Below are positions 1 to 12,192 of a stretch of 64,000 bases of DNA, piece by piece. Every line of letters starts with the position of its first letter. Within the stretch, counting starts at the first letter, position 1. The notes below the pieces were generated by a model. It saw nothing but the letters and a program-made list of their open reading frames with translations, made no database searches and was not told the DNA's origin. Source of the DNA: Lepidodermella squamata (Eukaryota > Animalia > Gastrotricha); the NCBI GenBank assembly GCA_047495785.1, contig JBLDXI010000019.1, positions 3,038,001-3,102,000 of the forward strand. The letters run 5' to 3'. Both the position numbers and the translations under genes were made by a program.

Positions 1-78
1 TTTGTTAATAATTGAATTTATTGAAATCCTTTCGACAACATGACAGCCGAAAAACTGCTCAAAAGGAATTGGAATTCT

Positions 79-436
79 TCAGTCTTTGAATAATCCAGTG
101 TTCATCATTTTGCGAGCATAACTTTGCTGTAAAATGTAAAATGTTAGCTTCCCTCCACAGATATTTCTCGACTTCCATAACTCGAGGCACATATGCATTT
201 GAATCTCACGCCGTTTCGCTCGTATATGTCGTAAGAGGTCGGAGAGCAGTTGCAAGTTTTCATTTGCCATAGCTGTAGAAATTGCAGATTCTGTGGATAA
301 GAGAATAAGTGAAGGATAAAACAAATCGTAGGAAATAACTCAAATCTGTCGTCTGATCTCCAGATCTTGATTTACATGACACAATGCACAGTTTGGTAAT
401 AAGAACCAGGGAACACAATGTCGAAATAAGTTTCAT
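79..436 (-). CDS. Small secreted C-x9-C family protein A (minus-strand subfamily), 2 exons (436-340, 290-79)
   Basis: MKLISTLCSLVLITKLCIVSC signal peptide; phase-1 intron 339-291 (GT..CACAG, donor weak); exon 2 ends CLELWKSRNICGGKLTFYILQQSYARKMMNTGLFKD. Confidence 0.75.
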
Positions 437-1706
437 ATTCAAATAATTATTTAAATTATCTCTATTGAATTAAGAATGAGAGTGCGAGATCGCATAAGTT
501 TGCTTATATCCAGCGCGCACAGGAAACGCTCGACGAAATATGATCGACACCTTGGGTATATCGGTAACAAATTTCAGGTATCAGGTCTGGTAAGGTCCGT
601 TTTCTGGCTATTTCACAGACGTTTCGGCTGATGAAATTGGAACATATTCTTCTCATCTCGCGCACTCACTAAATATTATTGTCATCAAGGAACCCCAAAA
701 TCACTATCTAAAGGACCTCATTTCCGAAGTCTATGGGCGTGTGATGATATTACTCACCCCATTCACGTGAGTTCAGCGGGATCCGTGTCATTTGTCAGTT
801 TGAGAACATATAGAGACAATGATCATCAGATGATTACTCGTGTCTCGTGTCAACAAAAACTTCCGGCTTATTTCAAAATTTGTAGATCGAAAAATATTGG
901 TGCACGAAACATTCATTTATGTATGTCGTTTTTAATTTTTACCTTTGTCGGGTTGTTCCAGCTAAAATCAGCGCACTTTGCAAAAGAAACAGGTATCAAG
1001 CGAGGATGACGACGGTCAGAGCGCAGATCAGGCCCGTTGGCAAACGAGAACTGAGGAGGAAAACCCATTTCATCGAAGGCAGCGGAAACAAGGAACGTCC
1101 TCTTACTCGTGATAGAATTTCGACAATAATGAAATAGCAGTTTGCTTTGCTGGACTTGAAGACAACGAAGTATTTTCATCATTCATCCACATTTCTTAGC
1201 ACTGCTCTAAATGTCGAAATCGTATACATAACGTCGAAGATCCATTTGGTATTTACCTATCGCCTATCGACTGGTAAAATGACATAAACAAGGTTAAATC
1301 GGACTTTCCGATAGCCCCTGTGTCGAGATACGAGATTTCAATGCAGATATAACGTTCGTGGCGCGGAAGAACAAGCAATTCAAGCAAAAAACATAGTGCT
1401 AATGATAGGATATTTTTTGCTTGAAGTGCTTTCAATGTTGGCCTTAACTTGTCCTTAACTTGTCACGTCCATTTGAAATTATTTAAATCAGTTTCAGGCG
1501 TGAAAGCGGGAGATGTTCTGGTTTTAAATAAGTATTCCCGTGACACCGGAAGATAGCAGCTGGTCAGGCGCGTTGTTGATATTGAGGGTGAGAATTTATC
1601 GATTATTCTGCCCTCAGACAATGCTTTGAAATCGGTCTATACATGATTAATTTTATCTTAGATAGCCACGTTAGCCCGAGGTCTCAACTGGAATTTCGCA
1701 TCGATT

Positions 1707-2081
1707 ATGAAGCCGACGATTGTGCTCTTATCAGCTCTGTTCACCTTTTTTATTATTGAATCGGCTCGGACTGCTCCGTTACCACTAGGAGATGCTGAAA
1801 TCAACACAGAAGAGCAGTTGGCCAAACTAAGTGGGTAGAAGCTTTCTTCAAACATTTTATATTATATACTTTTTACAGGAAAAAAGGTTATGAAGATCAT
1901 TCAACGCCGCGATCTTGAGGCTCTGGCCCAGCTGGTAATAACAGCCAGGCACAGACAACGTCAAAATCGGATGCGAAAATGCGTTGATCAACTAGGTTCA
2001 GCATCCATTTGCAAACACACTGTTGCCTTCTATTTTTGGGCTCAGCTCTTAGCAAAGAATATTCTAGCTGGTAAACAATGA
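1707..2081 (+). CDS. Small secreted C-x9-C family protein B, 2 exons (1707-1830, 1879-2081)
   Basis: MKPTIVLLSALFTFFIIESARTAPLPLG signal/pro segment; phase-1 intron GTGGGT..TTACAG; CVDQLGSASICKHTVAFYFWAQLLAKNILAGKQ; AATAAA after stop. Confidence 0.85.
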
Positions 2082-2130
2082 TGATTTCATAATAAAATGT
2101 AGGTACTACCGAATTCCATAACCATCAGGT

Positions 2131-2476
2131 TTATTTGAGATCATTGCCTTGAAGTATTCTTCTAGCTATGAAGTTTTGCTGTAGATAAAACGGTACAGAT
2201 CCTCTGCAGAGTGATTCAGATTTGAGGATATCCAGACACCTCCTGTAATTTATCACCCGCAGTTCAGCTTTCAAAGCGATCAACTTATCAAAATTTTCAT
2301 CAGCCAGCATTCTGCTGATTATAGTTTCTAAAAAATGGAGTTGTTATAGATGAAAGCGACGATCGCGGTAGTAATCTCTTACTTATTTTAGCCGGGCGAG
2401 CAATAGAGGGCTTGGCAATCAGGAAAATGGAAGGTAAAACAAGGATGGCTAGCCGAAATGCGTTAGTAAAGGGCAT
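2131..2476 (-). CDS. Small secreted C-x9-C family protein C (exon 2 absent from ORF track), exons 2476-2383, 2327-2131
   Basis: TATATAA upstream (~2517-2524); MPFTNAFRLAILVLPSIFLIAKPSIARPAKI; intron GTAAGA..TTTTAG; KTIISRMLADENFDKLIALKAELRVINYRRCLDILKSESLCRGSVPFYLQQNFIARRILQGNDLK*. Confidence 0.85.
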
Positions 2477-3815
2477 TTTTTGCGAAATGATTTTTTCGAC
2501 AATCGCATCTATGATGTTTATATAGCGCCTCAAGTCAGCGTTAAAGCATCCTGCCATTTGTCAGTGGAGACACGTCGGTGGTCACTTTTGAGAAGCAAGT
2601 GCTCTTAGGCCTTTAAAACACGACCGACAGAACTGGGCATAGCACAACACATTAGTGTCAACAACATGTAAAATGGTGGATGCCTCTTTAGCTGTATTGC
2701 ATGAGTTGGGCGAGGAGTTGGGCGAGAAGGTTACTGATTTACTCAAGTTTCAAACACGAATTGACTAAACAGACTGTAAGCTTGCTATCTTCGATGAAAC
2801 GCAAGACGCATTGGACATACGGCGGCGGCGCTATCAGTGAGTCATAGAGACAATGACTTTGAAATAGGGCAATGCATTTTTTTATCTGGTTCGTCATTGC
2901 ACTGATATAAAGAGGATTCAAGGTGGGCTTCAGTTAAGCTGTCTTCTTTTTGAGCTGCCATTTCAATTGCCTATACCACCACCAAATCGTGGCACTTAAC
3001 GATGGGCAAAGCCGAAGGTTTAGGTTTCAATCCAGGATTTATTATTCAACTGTTGGATTCATTCATTTTAGGCAGAGATGAAAGGACATTGAATAGCTAC
3101 TTATTTTTGCACATTTCAGCTCCAGGGCGGTAACTAACTGAGAATTCGCGACATATTCTTTCAATTCTGCGAAATTTCTGGGCCATCACTCGGAAACTAG
3201 CGGTTTATTCATTTCCATTGAAAAAACTGAAGTATCTTCGACTTTGATTTTGCAGGTTAGTGATGCTTGCCGTAACTTAAATGAAAATCCCACTGGCAAA
3301 TATTTAGCCTGTGTGGATTATTGGTCTTTTTGCAGCTTATACCTAAATGGATGGCTACTTTTTTCCTATTTCCTATTACACGTCTTGTGAGAAAAATGCT
3401 GTCAAATAGATTTTGCGTTTGCATTTTGATTTTCAAACTTTCAATGATGGCGTGGTATCCGTGCAACTCGGGACCGTAATTCACAAGAGAGCCACATACA
3501 GGATCGATACTATCACGTCACGTATGAATCAGGCGTGGTATGATTCACGCCCCGATCAATCTCTCACACAGCCCAGCCACCGCTCTCGGTAATTTGATTT
3601 CGCGCCTCTAATACTCACACATTCACAAGCATAGTGTAGAAAAAACTGTTAGATATCACATTAGCATACGTATTATTAGCCGTGATTGATGGCTCACTCG
3701 CTAACAACTGCAGCGAATGTGTAAATAATAACAAAACATGATATTTCCGCTTTTTTCGGCCTATTGCAAAGATTTCCTAAGCCAAAATCAACCTCTGATT
3801 ATCCGCATATAAGCT

Positions 3816-5142
3816 ATGGATCACAGGGGTCGTTATTTTTACAACCAGGCTCCTCAATACCAGCATTTAGAGGCGATTGAAGATGCATCACCTGATTATG
3901 AGATTAACGAGCTCGAGAGTAGTACAAACACTCCTAGAATCGACGAAAATTCAGAGCTAAGGCAGCATAAACTGGTATGATTACTTTTCAGCGATCTCAC
4001 GTCATGCATTTGAGCTAAATTTCTAGTACCACGAGCTACTTCTAGCCATACACCGAGATGACATGCCAGAATTTGATAGATTGATCTACCTCACCTCGAA
4101 CATTCATGATTTAGGCTACGTCCTATTCAAACTTAACGGCGATGATATAGACCAAAGTGGCGATACAATCATCCACAAAGCAGCGAGAATGGGCCGGACG
4201 AATCAAGTTGCTAAACTCATGCACATTTACCTCAAAATGCATAGCGCTGAAGTGAGGGAAAATTCAGTTTCAAGAGTCATGTGCAAATTGCTGAACCGCA
4301 AGGGCGAGACGATTCTCCACTCAGCTGCAGCAGCTGGTCGGCCTCATGTCATCGAAACCATCTTTAAAACTATCTACTCCCACCAACCTCCGCCTGTTAC
4401 ACCAGACACAAGCTCCTTGAAGGACCGTCGCAAAAGTTTCCAGAGGGGTTCAAGCCGTAGTTCGGAACGAAGTGGGGTCGATATTGATGAATTCATCAAT
4501 CATCAACAGGAGCAGGTGGAGAGACGGACAGCTTTACATCTAGCGGCTAGTTACCAGCCTCTTGGATCGAATAACGCGACAGATATAGCGAACTACGTCA
4601 ATCAGGGCACCTACGGCGGGGTTAACTCCTCCCCCGGCTATGGCTACGCTTCCTCGTCCCGTAATTCTGGCCAATACATGGCTGCAGATATGCTGATTCA
4701 TCACGGCGCGAATGTTGACGAGATTGATATGCATGGTTTGAACGCGTTTCATCTTTCTGTGATTTATGGCAATCTCGAGGTTGCGAAACAGCTGTTTTCG
4801 ACTCAGCCGAGTTTGATTAACGAGGTCACGAGTGACGGCTGGCAGAGGACGCCACTTCATCTGGCCATTCAACAGGCACAGGCTATTTTTCAAGCCACCG
4901 TTGTGCCATCTTGCCAAACGTCATCGGCTACTTTGTTCCGCGGTTGTTCCCAGCAGCCTCAGTATAGCGAGTCTATGCAGCGAGTGTTGGACATGATTCA
5001 TTGGCTGTTGCAAAACGGCGCTGATCGCCAGAAGAAAGATGCAGCCGGCAGGTTGCCACAACATGTCTTGATCATCGGAGATGTCTCGCGAGAAAAGAGA
5101 GAACTTATCAAAGCTTTGAACCGTTTCGGACTTTATCAATAA
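3816..5142 (+). CDS. Ankyrin-repeat protein, copy 1 (exons 3816-3974, 4027-5142); lacks the DSGxxS motif
   Basis: About six ANK motifs (GDTIIHKAA, GETILHSAA, RTALHLAA, LNAFHLSV, RTPLHLAI, GRLPQH); exon 1 MDHRGRYFYNQAPQ joined in frame by GTATGA..TTCTAG intron; collinear paralog at 29385. Confidence 0.9.
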
Positions 5143-5181
5143 ATAATCTTTATTGTTTTCTAGCATTTTCTAATTTGAATC

Positions 5182-5351
5182 CAGTGATCCGACTAGGTCC
5201 AGCTCTGAGGGGAGTAAATAGAGCCATTTTGGGCCCAAAATTAGCAAATCAACAGGGGGGACCCTTACGTTTTTTAGAAATTTTCGAACGCCAGGGGGGT
5301 TTGTTTACCCCCCCCTTCCCCCCCCCCCCCCCCCCCGTACTCGGAGCACTG
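5182..5351. mobile_element. hAT-type MITE, 170 bp
   Basis: TIRs CAGTGATCCGA / TCGGAGCACTG flanked by perfect 8-bp TSD TTTGAATC (5174-5181, 5352-5359). Confidence 0.8.
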
Positions 5352-5777
5352 TTTGAATCCAGCGGGAGGAGACTATGAAGGGCTAATGAGGAGAAGGGTA
5401 ATATTAGGTATTGCGAAATGTCCGCCTCTGAGTAACGTCAACTTCGCATGCAAGATACTAGTGAACGAGGAGTGCAACTTGATGAATGTCAGCGAGGAGA
5501 ACCTCGCTTTTGCGGGGTTTGCCGTCTGCTTTTTTCCAGCATTGCGTACGGCTGAACGGCTCTTTCCAGGTGATCAGGCTGGATTCCAAACGTTTCAACA
5601 TGTTTTCAGACAAACAGACTTCAGTCCCTCGTGAACCAAAATGAGACAATGAGAATGGAGGCTTTATGATTTATTGAGAGCAGTATGGTGGTAAAAATCA
5701 AAGCAAACAGTGAAAAGATACATGTAAAATATTAGCAGTGCAATTTTACAGAGTCTGTTTTTAGGATCTGAAAACAT

Positions 5778-5852
5778 TTATAAGCCTTCTAATAGTTTAT
5801 AGTTTTCCTCGCCACGTTTAGCCTCCTGATAGTTGCCTTCAATACTCAGCAT
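5778..5852 (-). pseudogene. Relic of a GEENYQEA-repeat precursor paralog
   Basis: Reads MLSIEGNYQEAKRGEENYKLLEGL*; NYQEAKRGEENY matches the 48.2-49.2 kb array with only synonymous differences; no signal exon found. Confidence 0.7.
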
Positions 5853-5990
5853 TTTATTTTGAAGCTTTAGACTTCAGAAGATCAAAGACAGAGATAAGTT
5901 TACGAAGGTGCTCTCAAAAAACACCGATAGATGAACAAGTTTACAGTCAGGCGCTAGGCCAGCGTGATTCAAGTTCACATATACATGAAA

Positions 5991-6341
5991 TCATGATTGA
6001 TCACTAATAATTCGTTGAGCTACCACTTGCTGCAGCATGTAGTACGGAACCTTTCTGGCGCAGATAGCCCTTGACTTGAGCAATTCAGTGCATCGTTGCA
6101 TTCGCAATTTCAGCCGTGCGACCTTAACCGTGCGGATAAAGGCGATAACTTTCACTGCTTCCTCGTTGGTAATAGCTTTCATTATCTTCGTTTCTAAATA
6201 TACAGATATAGAAATGGAATTGCGATATCGTTTTATCCCCATAACAAGCTTACTTATACCGCTGATCATCAAATCCCGTTCAGAATCCAGAGCGTAACTT
6301 ATCGTCAAAAGTAGAGGCAGGACCTTCAAGATCCCAGTCAT
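5991..6341 (-). CDS. Small secreted C-x9-C family protein D, exons 6341-6254, 6193-5991
   Basis: MTGILKVLPLLLTISYA signal; 60-nt phase-1 intron GTAAGC..TTTAG; CTELLKSRAICARKVPYYMLQQVVAQRIISDQS. Confidence 0.85.
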   Translation of the reverse strand: MTGILKVLPLLLTISYALDSERDLMISGISKLVMGIKRYRNSISISVYLETKIMKAITNEEAVKVIAFIRTVKVARLKLRMQRCTELLKSRAICARKVPYYMLQQVVAQRIISDQS

Positions 6342-6967
6342 ATTGACCGAGGCTGTATGTGAAAAGTTTTGGTACATGTTTATTTGATACAAACCATTCT
6401 TCGACTGAAATGAATATGTATAGGTCTCAGCGCTGTCCTTAAGCCCTAATTAGCTTTCGAGGATTCTTAGGTGAGCCAATATCGCATCTAGTAAAAATTC
6501 TTTGGCAGAGAAGCGGTGACAAGAACTGTCTGTAATTGCCTATATTTTGTCATAAGATGATAAGACGAGAACCGCCCATGAAATCAAGGGAAAGTGTTCT
6601 CATTATTTTTCCCAATTTGCCAATTTCCATCGAAATACATACTGAATCTGAATCATACCTGAAATCATAAGATATATCGTTCGGAAGACTTCATTGAGTT
6701 TACCTCGGAATTCGGCATCAATTGAAGCTGTATGGGTCTAATCATACGGCGATGCATGAATTTCTCTCAAGGAACTCTGTAAATCGGTCTATGCATTGAC
6801 AGTGAATCCAATCTACGGTATGCCTAACAAAAAATTCACTTCTATTCCCACATAGGAACATTTTTATTACACTTACAACGGTTATGATACTATCAGTCAA
6901 AATGAATCGGCTATCAAATAATAGAATTAATAATTAATAATTTTATTCCTAATGTTTAGAATAAAAG

Positions 6968-8134
6968 CTATCCAATGAGACAAAGAATAGCGATGAGATT
7001 CGTTAGAAAGTAGGCTGTGAATGCAGCTGAAAAGGCGAAAAAGTCTATGAGTATATACAATTGGACCGGCCTCTTGATAAACCGAACGTGAACTCCCTTC
7101 TCAGCGATTTCTGGACGAAATGAAATGAAACCACACATCGCTGCTGCATAAGCAACGCAGGCTGTAGCCAGTACGGTTTGGCTCAGACTGAATGTTGCAG
7201 CGATCACTGGCTGGGGCGTTTTTGGCAGACTAGCCTGAACGTTGTCCTGCAGGACGAAAATCGATAACACTACAGTGCAGGCGAATGATGGCCTATCTGG
7301 CGCCTCAGCGGGTATGAGGAACGAAGAAAGAATTAAGAAGCTAAGGATCAAACTAGGCGCGTAAAGGCTCATCAAATAGTATTGAGGTTTACGCTTAAAC
7401 GGAAACTTGAAAATTGCCTCGGAGAAGTTAACTAAAGGCCTCCCGGAAGGAATAGAGCTATGAACGGTAGATCGCCAGGAATCATCGTGCTCCCACCCAG
7501 CATTGATGGGCATGAAAGGATAAGCAAAAGAAATATATTCAGTTTTAGCTATATAAGAATATCGATCCTCCTGTCTGAGTTCAAATATGAATTGGCACGT
7601 TTGTTTATCGAAAGGAAAGAGACTGACATCTTTAGTGCAATATGCTGCAAATTGTCCGCCAATAACTCCTGATACTCTCCCATTTTCTGCAAGGAACACC
7701 TTAACAGACCGTGCGAAACCATCAGTCATATCTGAGACGCCAAGGGAATTACTAGCATGAATAGACGGCCACCAGTAAAGGTTTGGATCTTCTTTTGTCA
7801 GCTCTTTAATTAAAACCGGCCACCGCACCTTACCAGAGCTAGAAATATTGCGATAGAGGTCTCGAATACATTCGGATTCCCATACGATAACTAATGAGCC
7901 CGCGATTGTGATCGTTTCTGCAAGGTCGTCGATTTCCACAAATTTCTTGGGTTGCAAGCTGACGGTGACTTCTGTTGGCTTAGCATCCAACTCCGTTGGT
8001 GAGTTGACAGTTGGTCCTACCCTACAGTTAGCCAAAATTGTATCGGTTGGCTTGAAATTCCGAACATCCACATCAGCTGCGAATGCTGAAGTGAGAAAAA
8101 TTGCCAAACTTGAAGCGCGTAGCATGCTTAGCAT
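6968..8134 (-). CDS. Intronless divergent Cys-loop (pentameric) ligand-gated ion channel subunit
   Basis: Signal peptide from M at 8134; RVGP, WWPSI, C-x13-C loop CTKDVSLFPFDKQTC, KRKPQYY then four hydrophobic TM segments; very short M3-M4 loop; no vicinal Cys. Confidence 0.9.
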   Translation of the reverse strand: MLSMLRASSLAIFLTSAFAADVDVRNFKPTDTILANCRVGPTVNSPTELDAKPTEVTVSLQPKKFVEIDDLAETITIAGSLVIVWESECIRDLYRNISSSGKVRWPVLIKELTKEDPNLYWWPSIHASNSLGVSDMTDGFARSVKVFLAENGRVSGVIGGQFAAYCTKDVSLFPFDKQTCQFIFELRQEDRYSYIAKTEYISFAYPFMPINAGWEHDDSWRSTVHSSIPSGRPLVNFSEAIFKFPFKRKPQYYLMSLYAPSLILSFLILSSFLIPAEAPDRPSFACTVVLSIFVLQDNVQASLPKTPQPVIAATFSLSQTVLATACVAYAAAMCGFISFRPEIAEKGVHVRFIKRPVQLYILIDFFAFSAAFTAYFLTNLIAILCLIG

Positions 8135-9139
8135 CGAGATGGACAATTCTAGCAATTTATCTACCGATATCGAGCGGGAAACTAAACAAACTGCAGATTT
8201 TAAAGGCAAAATTGACCATTGTTCCAATTAAACAACTAAAACCCGCATCACGAAGCACGTGCGCTTATTGCGGAAACGCAGTGATTGCTCATCACATTAT
8301 TGTACATCTTTTATTTACACAGGTACAGATCACATTATAAATGGAATATATATTTGACATTTTAAAAACCGTGGCAAAGTATTGGACCCGGATCAGCATT
8401 ATTTTCCAGGCATGATCTGCGCAGCGAACAATTATCGCACTGCTTCCGATGCCGAAGCAAACGTGAATTCGATGACAGTTTTAAAATTTAAATTTTTTTT
8501 AATTCTCTTCTGACCCAGGAGTCAGCCAACCGCAGTTATTGACAGAGAACATGGCGAACTCAAACTTTCCGCGCTCTATATTGAAAAGCGAAGAGGATGT
8601 CTATATGGGTGTCCAGTGAGCAACGCTACGCTCTTTATCTCATATTGAAATATCCCCGAGGTCAGAACGTTCAATAGCGCTGTGCATGAATCTAAGATGT
8701 CGGTTAATACTTGGCATTCCAGGTTTCGAAAGGGGGAAGAGAGAAGAGGGCTTCCTAAAAAGGGAGTGTCCTTTTGATTTTTCCATTGCAAGGATACAAT
8801 GGCTATAGCATAGTCTAATTTCATAAATCATCCATATTATCGGCGGATTACTCTACGCGATACCATAATATGAGCACGACGTAAAATCGTCCTGCATTTG
8901 CGTGATAGACAGATTCAATGATGGCCGCAGAAGCCATGAGAGCTTCCTTATTTTCTACCTGGACGAGCTATGATTTTCAGTTAAGCGGATTGCTGTAGGG
9001 AAGGAACACATGCGTGAACGTGACGGAATTCTTCGCGTTAATCAGAATCCTTTAAAATCGAGATGGCGCTTCAGTGTCTTCACAGAATAAAAGTATATAA
9101 AAGGCTTTAAAAACGGCCATTCTCATATTCTGTTAAATC

Positions 9140-9516
9140 ATGCACTACCCTTACTTCACCTTATTCACAGTCTGTCTTGCTTTCGCTACGGTTGCGAGCA
9201 AGCCTTTTGGGGGCGTCAAACGCGCAGATTCGCAAAATCTTAGTGAGATGAGTACGTTTTATATTATTTGTTATTGTGTCTCATCCTTAAACTTCAACAT
9301 CTTTTAGAAGGTTACATCGCTGATTTGTACGCTAGCAAAGACTTGAATTCGCTCTTTCAGCTTGCGAAGGTGCTTGAAAAAGAGCGACTGCTCCGGAAGA
9401 CGGAGAAATGTCAGCAATTCAAATCTCAGCGAGACATAAGACGATGCTTCGATGCCTTTGAGTTGAGTGTCGACGCTGGACCACGCTATGGCATGATAAG
9501 ATCATCAAATCTATAG
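9140..9516 (+). CDS. Small secreted family protein E (C-x11-C variant), exons 9140-9251, 9308-9516
   Basis: TATATAAAA at ~9094; MHYPYFTLFTVCLAFATVASKP; phase-1 intron GTACGT..TTTTAG; YIADLYASKDLNSL..CQQFKSQRDIRRC; AATAAA downstream. Confidence 0.8.
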
Positions 9517-9591
9517 TTGTTATCTTCAATTACGCTAGTAATTTTATTTCAATAAAAGTGTAAATACTTCGTCATTAGCTTTGATGACAAT

Positions 9592-9978
9592 CATGGATTT
9601 AATTTTGTTTGATTTACCGCTGAAATCAAGGACCCCCTTCAATCAATCAAAATCAATTGCCGTCCCGATATTTTCCAGGACTAAATGAATCAAATCAAAT
9701 CATCAACACCCTTAAATCGTGAAACATCGGGATTTTTAGGAAGCTGGGGGCTTCCAAATGTCAAGAAATGAATAAAATAACGCGAACTTGAAACCACCGT
9801 CCTCTTCTAAAGCAAATATTCACCAAAAAGGAGGAAAGATCTTAGTTTCGCGGTATCAAGTTTTTCGATTGCATCACCAAGTGTAAATCAAAATCTTTCC
9901 CCGCGTAAATCAATCAATTCAAATCAAAATCTGTGAAAATAGGGTATATAAATCATATCAAATCAAATCCAAAGCACC
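9592..9978. mobile_element. Non-autonomous element with AAATC-rich repeats
   Basis: 9-bp direct repeat GATGACAAT at 9583-9591 and 9979-9987; imperfect inverted ends (GGATTT.. / ..AAATCC). Confidence 0.5.
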
Positions 9979-10891
9979 GATGACAATAAGCTGGAAAAAT
10001 GTGCGTTATTTTCAGGATTTTTCATAATTCAGATAAATGATAGCAGGTCTCCTCTTTTAATCGATCTGATGTAAATATTTCAACTCGGCCTGTATAGAAA
10101 TTTCGTAATTGCTAACTTTTATTCCTAGCACCGGAGTGGTTCTTAATAGGAAAGCACTCTTCAATTCTCATTTTTTCTAACGCTACAGAAAATGAGTGAA
10201 TTATAGCCTTACTTCAATTTCTATAGATTGTTTCACTTCACCTCTAGTTGTCACAATAATATCAACTCGTTCTTTCGGTCATCACAATCTTTAACGCCGA
10301 GCAATACTCGCATAGGTCACATAGATTCTTGAAATCTATGGGGGCTTTTGGGGTTACTCCCAAGGGAGTTACTCACTTGGGGGTTACTCCCTTTGTAAAT
10401 AGCCAAACAATATCAACGTATCAACGATTTCGTAAATGATTTTTTCATTGAATTCTGATCTTTCCTGGGCGTTATGGCTCCTGGAATTAACGAGTTAATT
10501 AATGAAACATCGAATCGTAAAAATTGGCAATCCAGCGAAAACTGCCCGCCGCCCACAAAGAGTGGCCCGCCCTCTGTTGAATAGGCTGATATTGTGCTTC
10601 AGATGAATCGGCCATTCTAATTAATTACTAAGTACACTAGGATAAATGCAATAAGATAGGATTACGTCATCTCTAAGCCTACGTGACCACTTACTGGAAA
10701 TCGTAGGAATCGATATACGACACATCGAACATTCCAAAATTGATTAATCATGAACATGATCCGGATTTAGTAGCTGATATTACTGTCCTATATCCTATAA
10801 ATTCGCTATGGAATCTCGAGCCAGTACAAGTCATTAGAACTAATCTGCTCTTCGAAAGTGCATAAAGCTGAATTTTTACTGCAGTGCAGCA

Positions 10892-11211
10892 ATGTTTCTT
10901 CAGATCACGATAGTTTTTGCTCTCCTCAACATTTTGAATTCGAATGGAAACCTGATCCCATCAGGTGAGGCTGGCGTCGACAATCAAGTGATCAAGCTAG
11001 GTATGTAGGTATTCAATCTTGATAACAAGACATCTGACCAGTGCTTTGAATTTTAGAAAATTTGATCTCGGATTTGTATGCTAACAAGAACGTCGATTCA
11101 CTGATCAATCTGAAGAAAGCATTTGACCGAGAACGGCACCACCGAAGGTGCCGCAGTCTGGTCGTAGAATTCGATATTCGCAAATGCCTCAAGGGGAAAC
11201 GCGTTCAATGA
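10892..11211 (+). CDS. Small secreted family protein F (C-x11-C variant, not in ORF track), exons 10892-11000, 11057-11211
   Basis: MFLQITIVFALLNILNSNG; intron GTATGT..TTTTAG; ENLISDLYANKNVDSLINLKKAFDRERHHRRCRSLVVEFDIRKCLKGKRVQ*; clear paralog of E. Confidence 0.85.
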
Positions 11212-11434
11212 GACAAGCGGCGAGCTGGACTGAAATACCGCGATTGAACTCCAGGGTTTATGGGGACGAAAGATACATTTTACATAAAAGTGAAAAATAT
11301 TGACGACTGAGGTCGAAGGATGATAATAAATTGCCGCTGGTGCTTTGAACCTCATTCTGAATTTCTAGCATTGACTTAGTTTACTGGCAGTTTATGGTCA
11401 ATGAAAATAAGTCGGCCATGAAAATAAGTTTTAT

Positions 11435-11806
11435 TTATTGCTGGTTCGCTTTATTCCCCAGCAGAATCCGTTGAGCTAGTATTTGATGGCTGACATAAAA
11501 TGGGAGCTGGCCCTTGCAAATAGCTCGCGAAAATAGCTTTTCAATGCAATCTTCCAATCGCGCCTTGTTTTGCCTGATTTTAAGAGAATGAATCATAGCT
11601 ATGAGGTCCGACTGCTCACCATTTTCAATGGCTTTCTGAATCCGATCATCTACAGGAAAAACATGCGAATCATCGCATTCATTGATGAAGAAATTCCAGA
11701 GCTTACGTATCATGTATATCCTTGGAATCGGATCAACAAATGAGACCCCACAATTAGTAATGGTTGGTAATACAAATACAAGGAAGAGGAAATAGCAAAA
11801 TATCAT
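11435..11806 (-). CDS. Small secreted C-x9-C family protein G, exons 11806-11707, 11649-11435
   Basis: MIFCYFLFLVFVLPTITNC signal; 57-nt intron GTAAGC..CTGTAG; CIEKLFSRAICKGQLPFYVSHQILAQRILLGNKANQQ. Confidence 0.85.
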   Translation of the reverse strand: MIFCYFLFLVFVLPTITNCGVSFVDPIPRIYMIRKLWNFFINECDDSHVFPVDDRIQKAIENGEQSDLIAMIHSLKIRQNKARLEDCIEKLFSRAICKGQLPFYVSHQILAQRILLGNKANQQ

Positions 11807-12192
11807 TTTCTGCAGAATCAGATCTGGAGAAGCCTGAGATTTTAAATTACGAGAGTTAGAGTTAGACATGGCAAGCCAAGTCACGCTAATAATTGTGTAT
11901 TTTCATTGATTAGCCAGAACATATTTCCCTATTACTACTCCTGGATGAGCATACATTTCAAAGCCAAATTATTGAGGGCTATCACGTTTCACTTATTTAT
12001 GAGCTTCAGAAATCTGGCCCAATACGTGAGATGGGGTCTCTAAGGCTTGTTCATGAAAGCTGCATTCATCCTCAGTCTGAAATCTGACACTGAAACGCCT
12101 TTTCGCGTATCTAGGGTCTGAAAAACATATCAGTCTAAAAAATATCTTCAGAAATTAATTAGAAAATACAATCAAACATTGCGGTACATCTT

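Noticed and set aside
2739-2921. Cys-containing short ORF next to gene C
   Set aside because: No signal exon, intron or family tail motif found
10338-10392. GGGGTTACTCCC repeats as possible kappaB sites near peptide genes
   Set aside because: Do not fit GGGRNNYYCC well and are not shared by other family promoters
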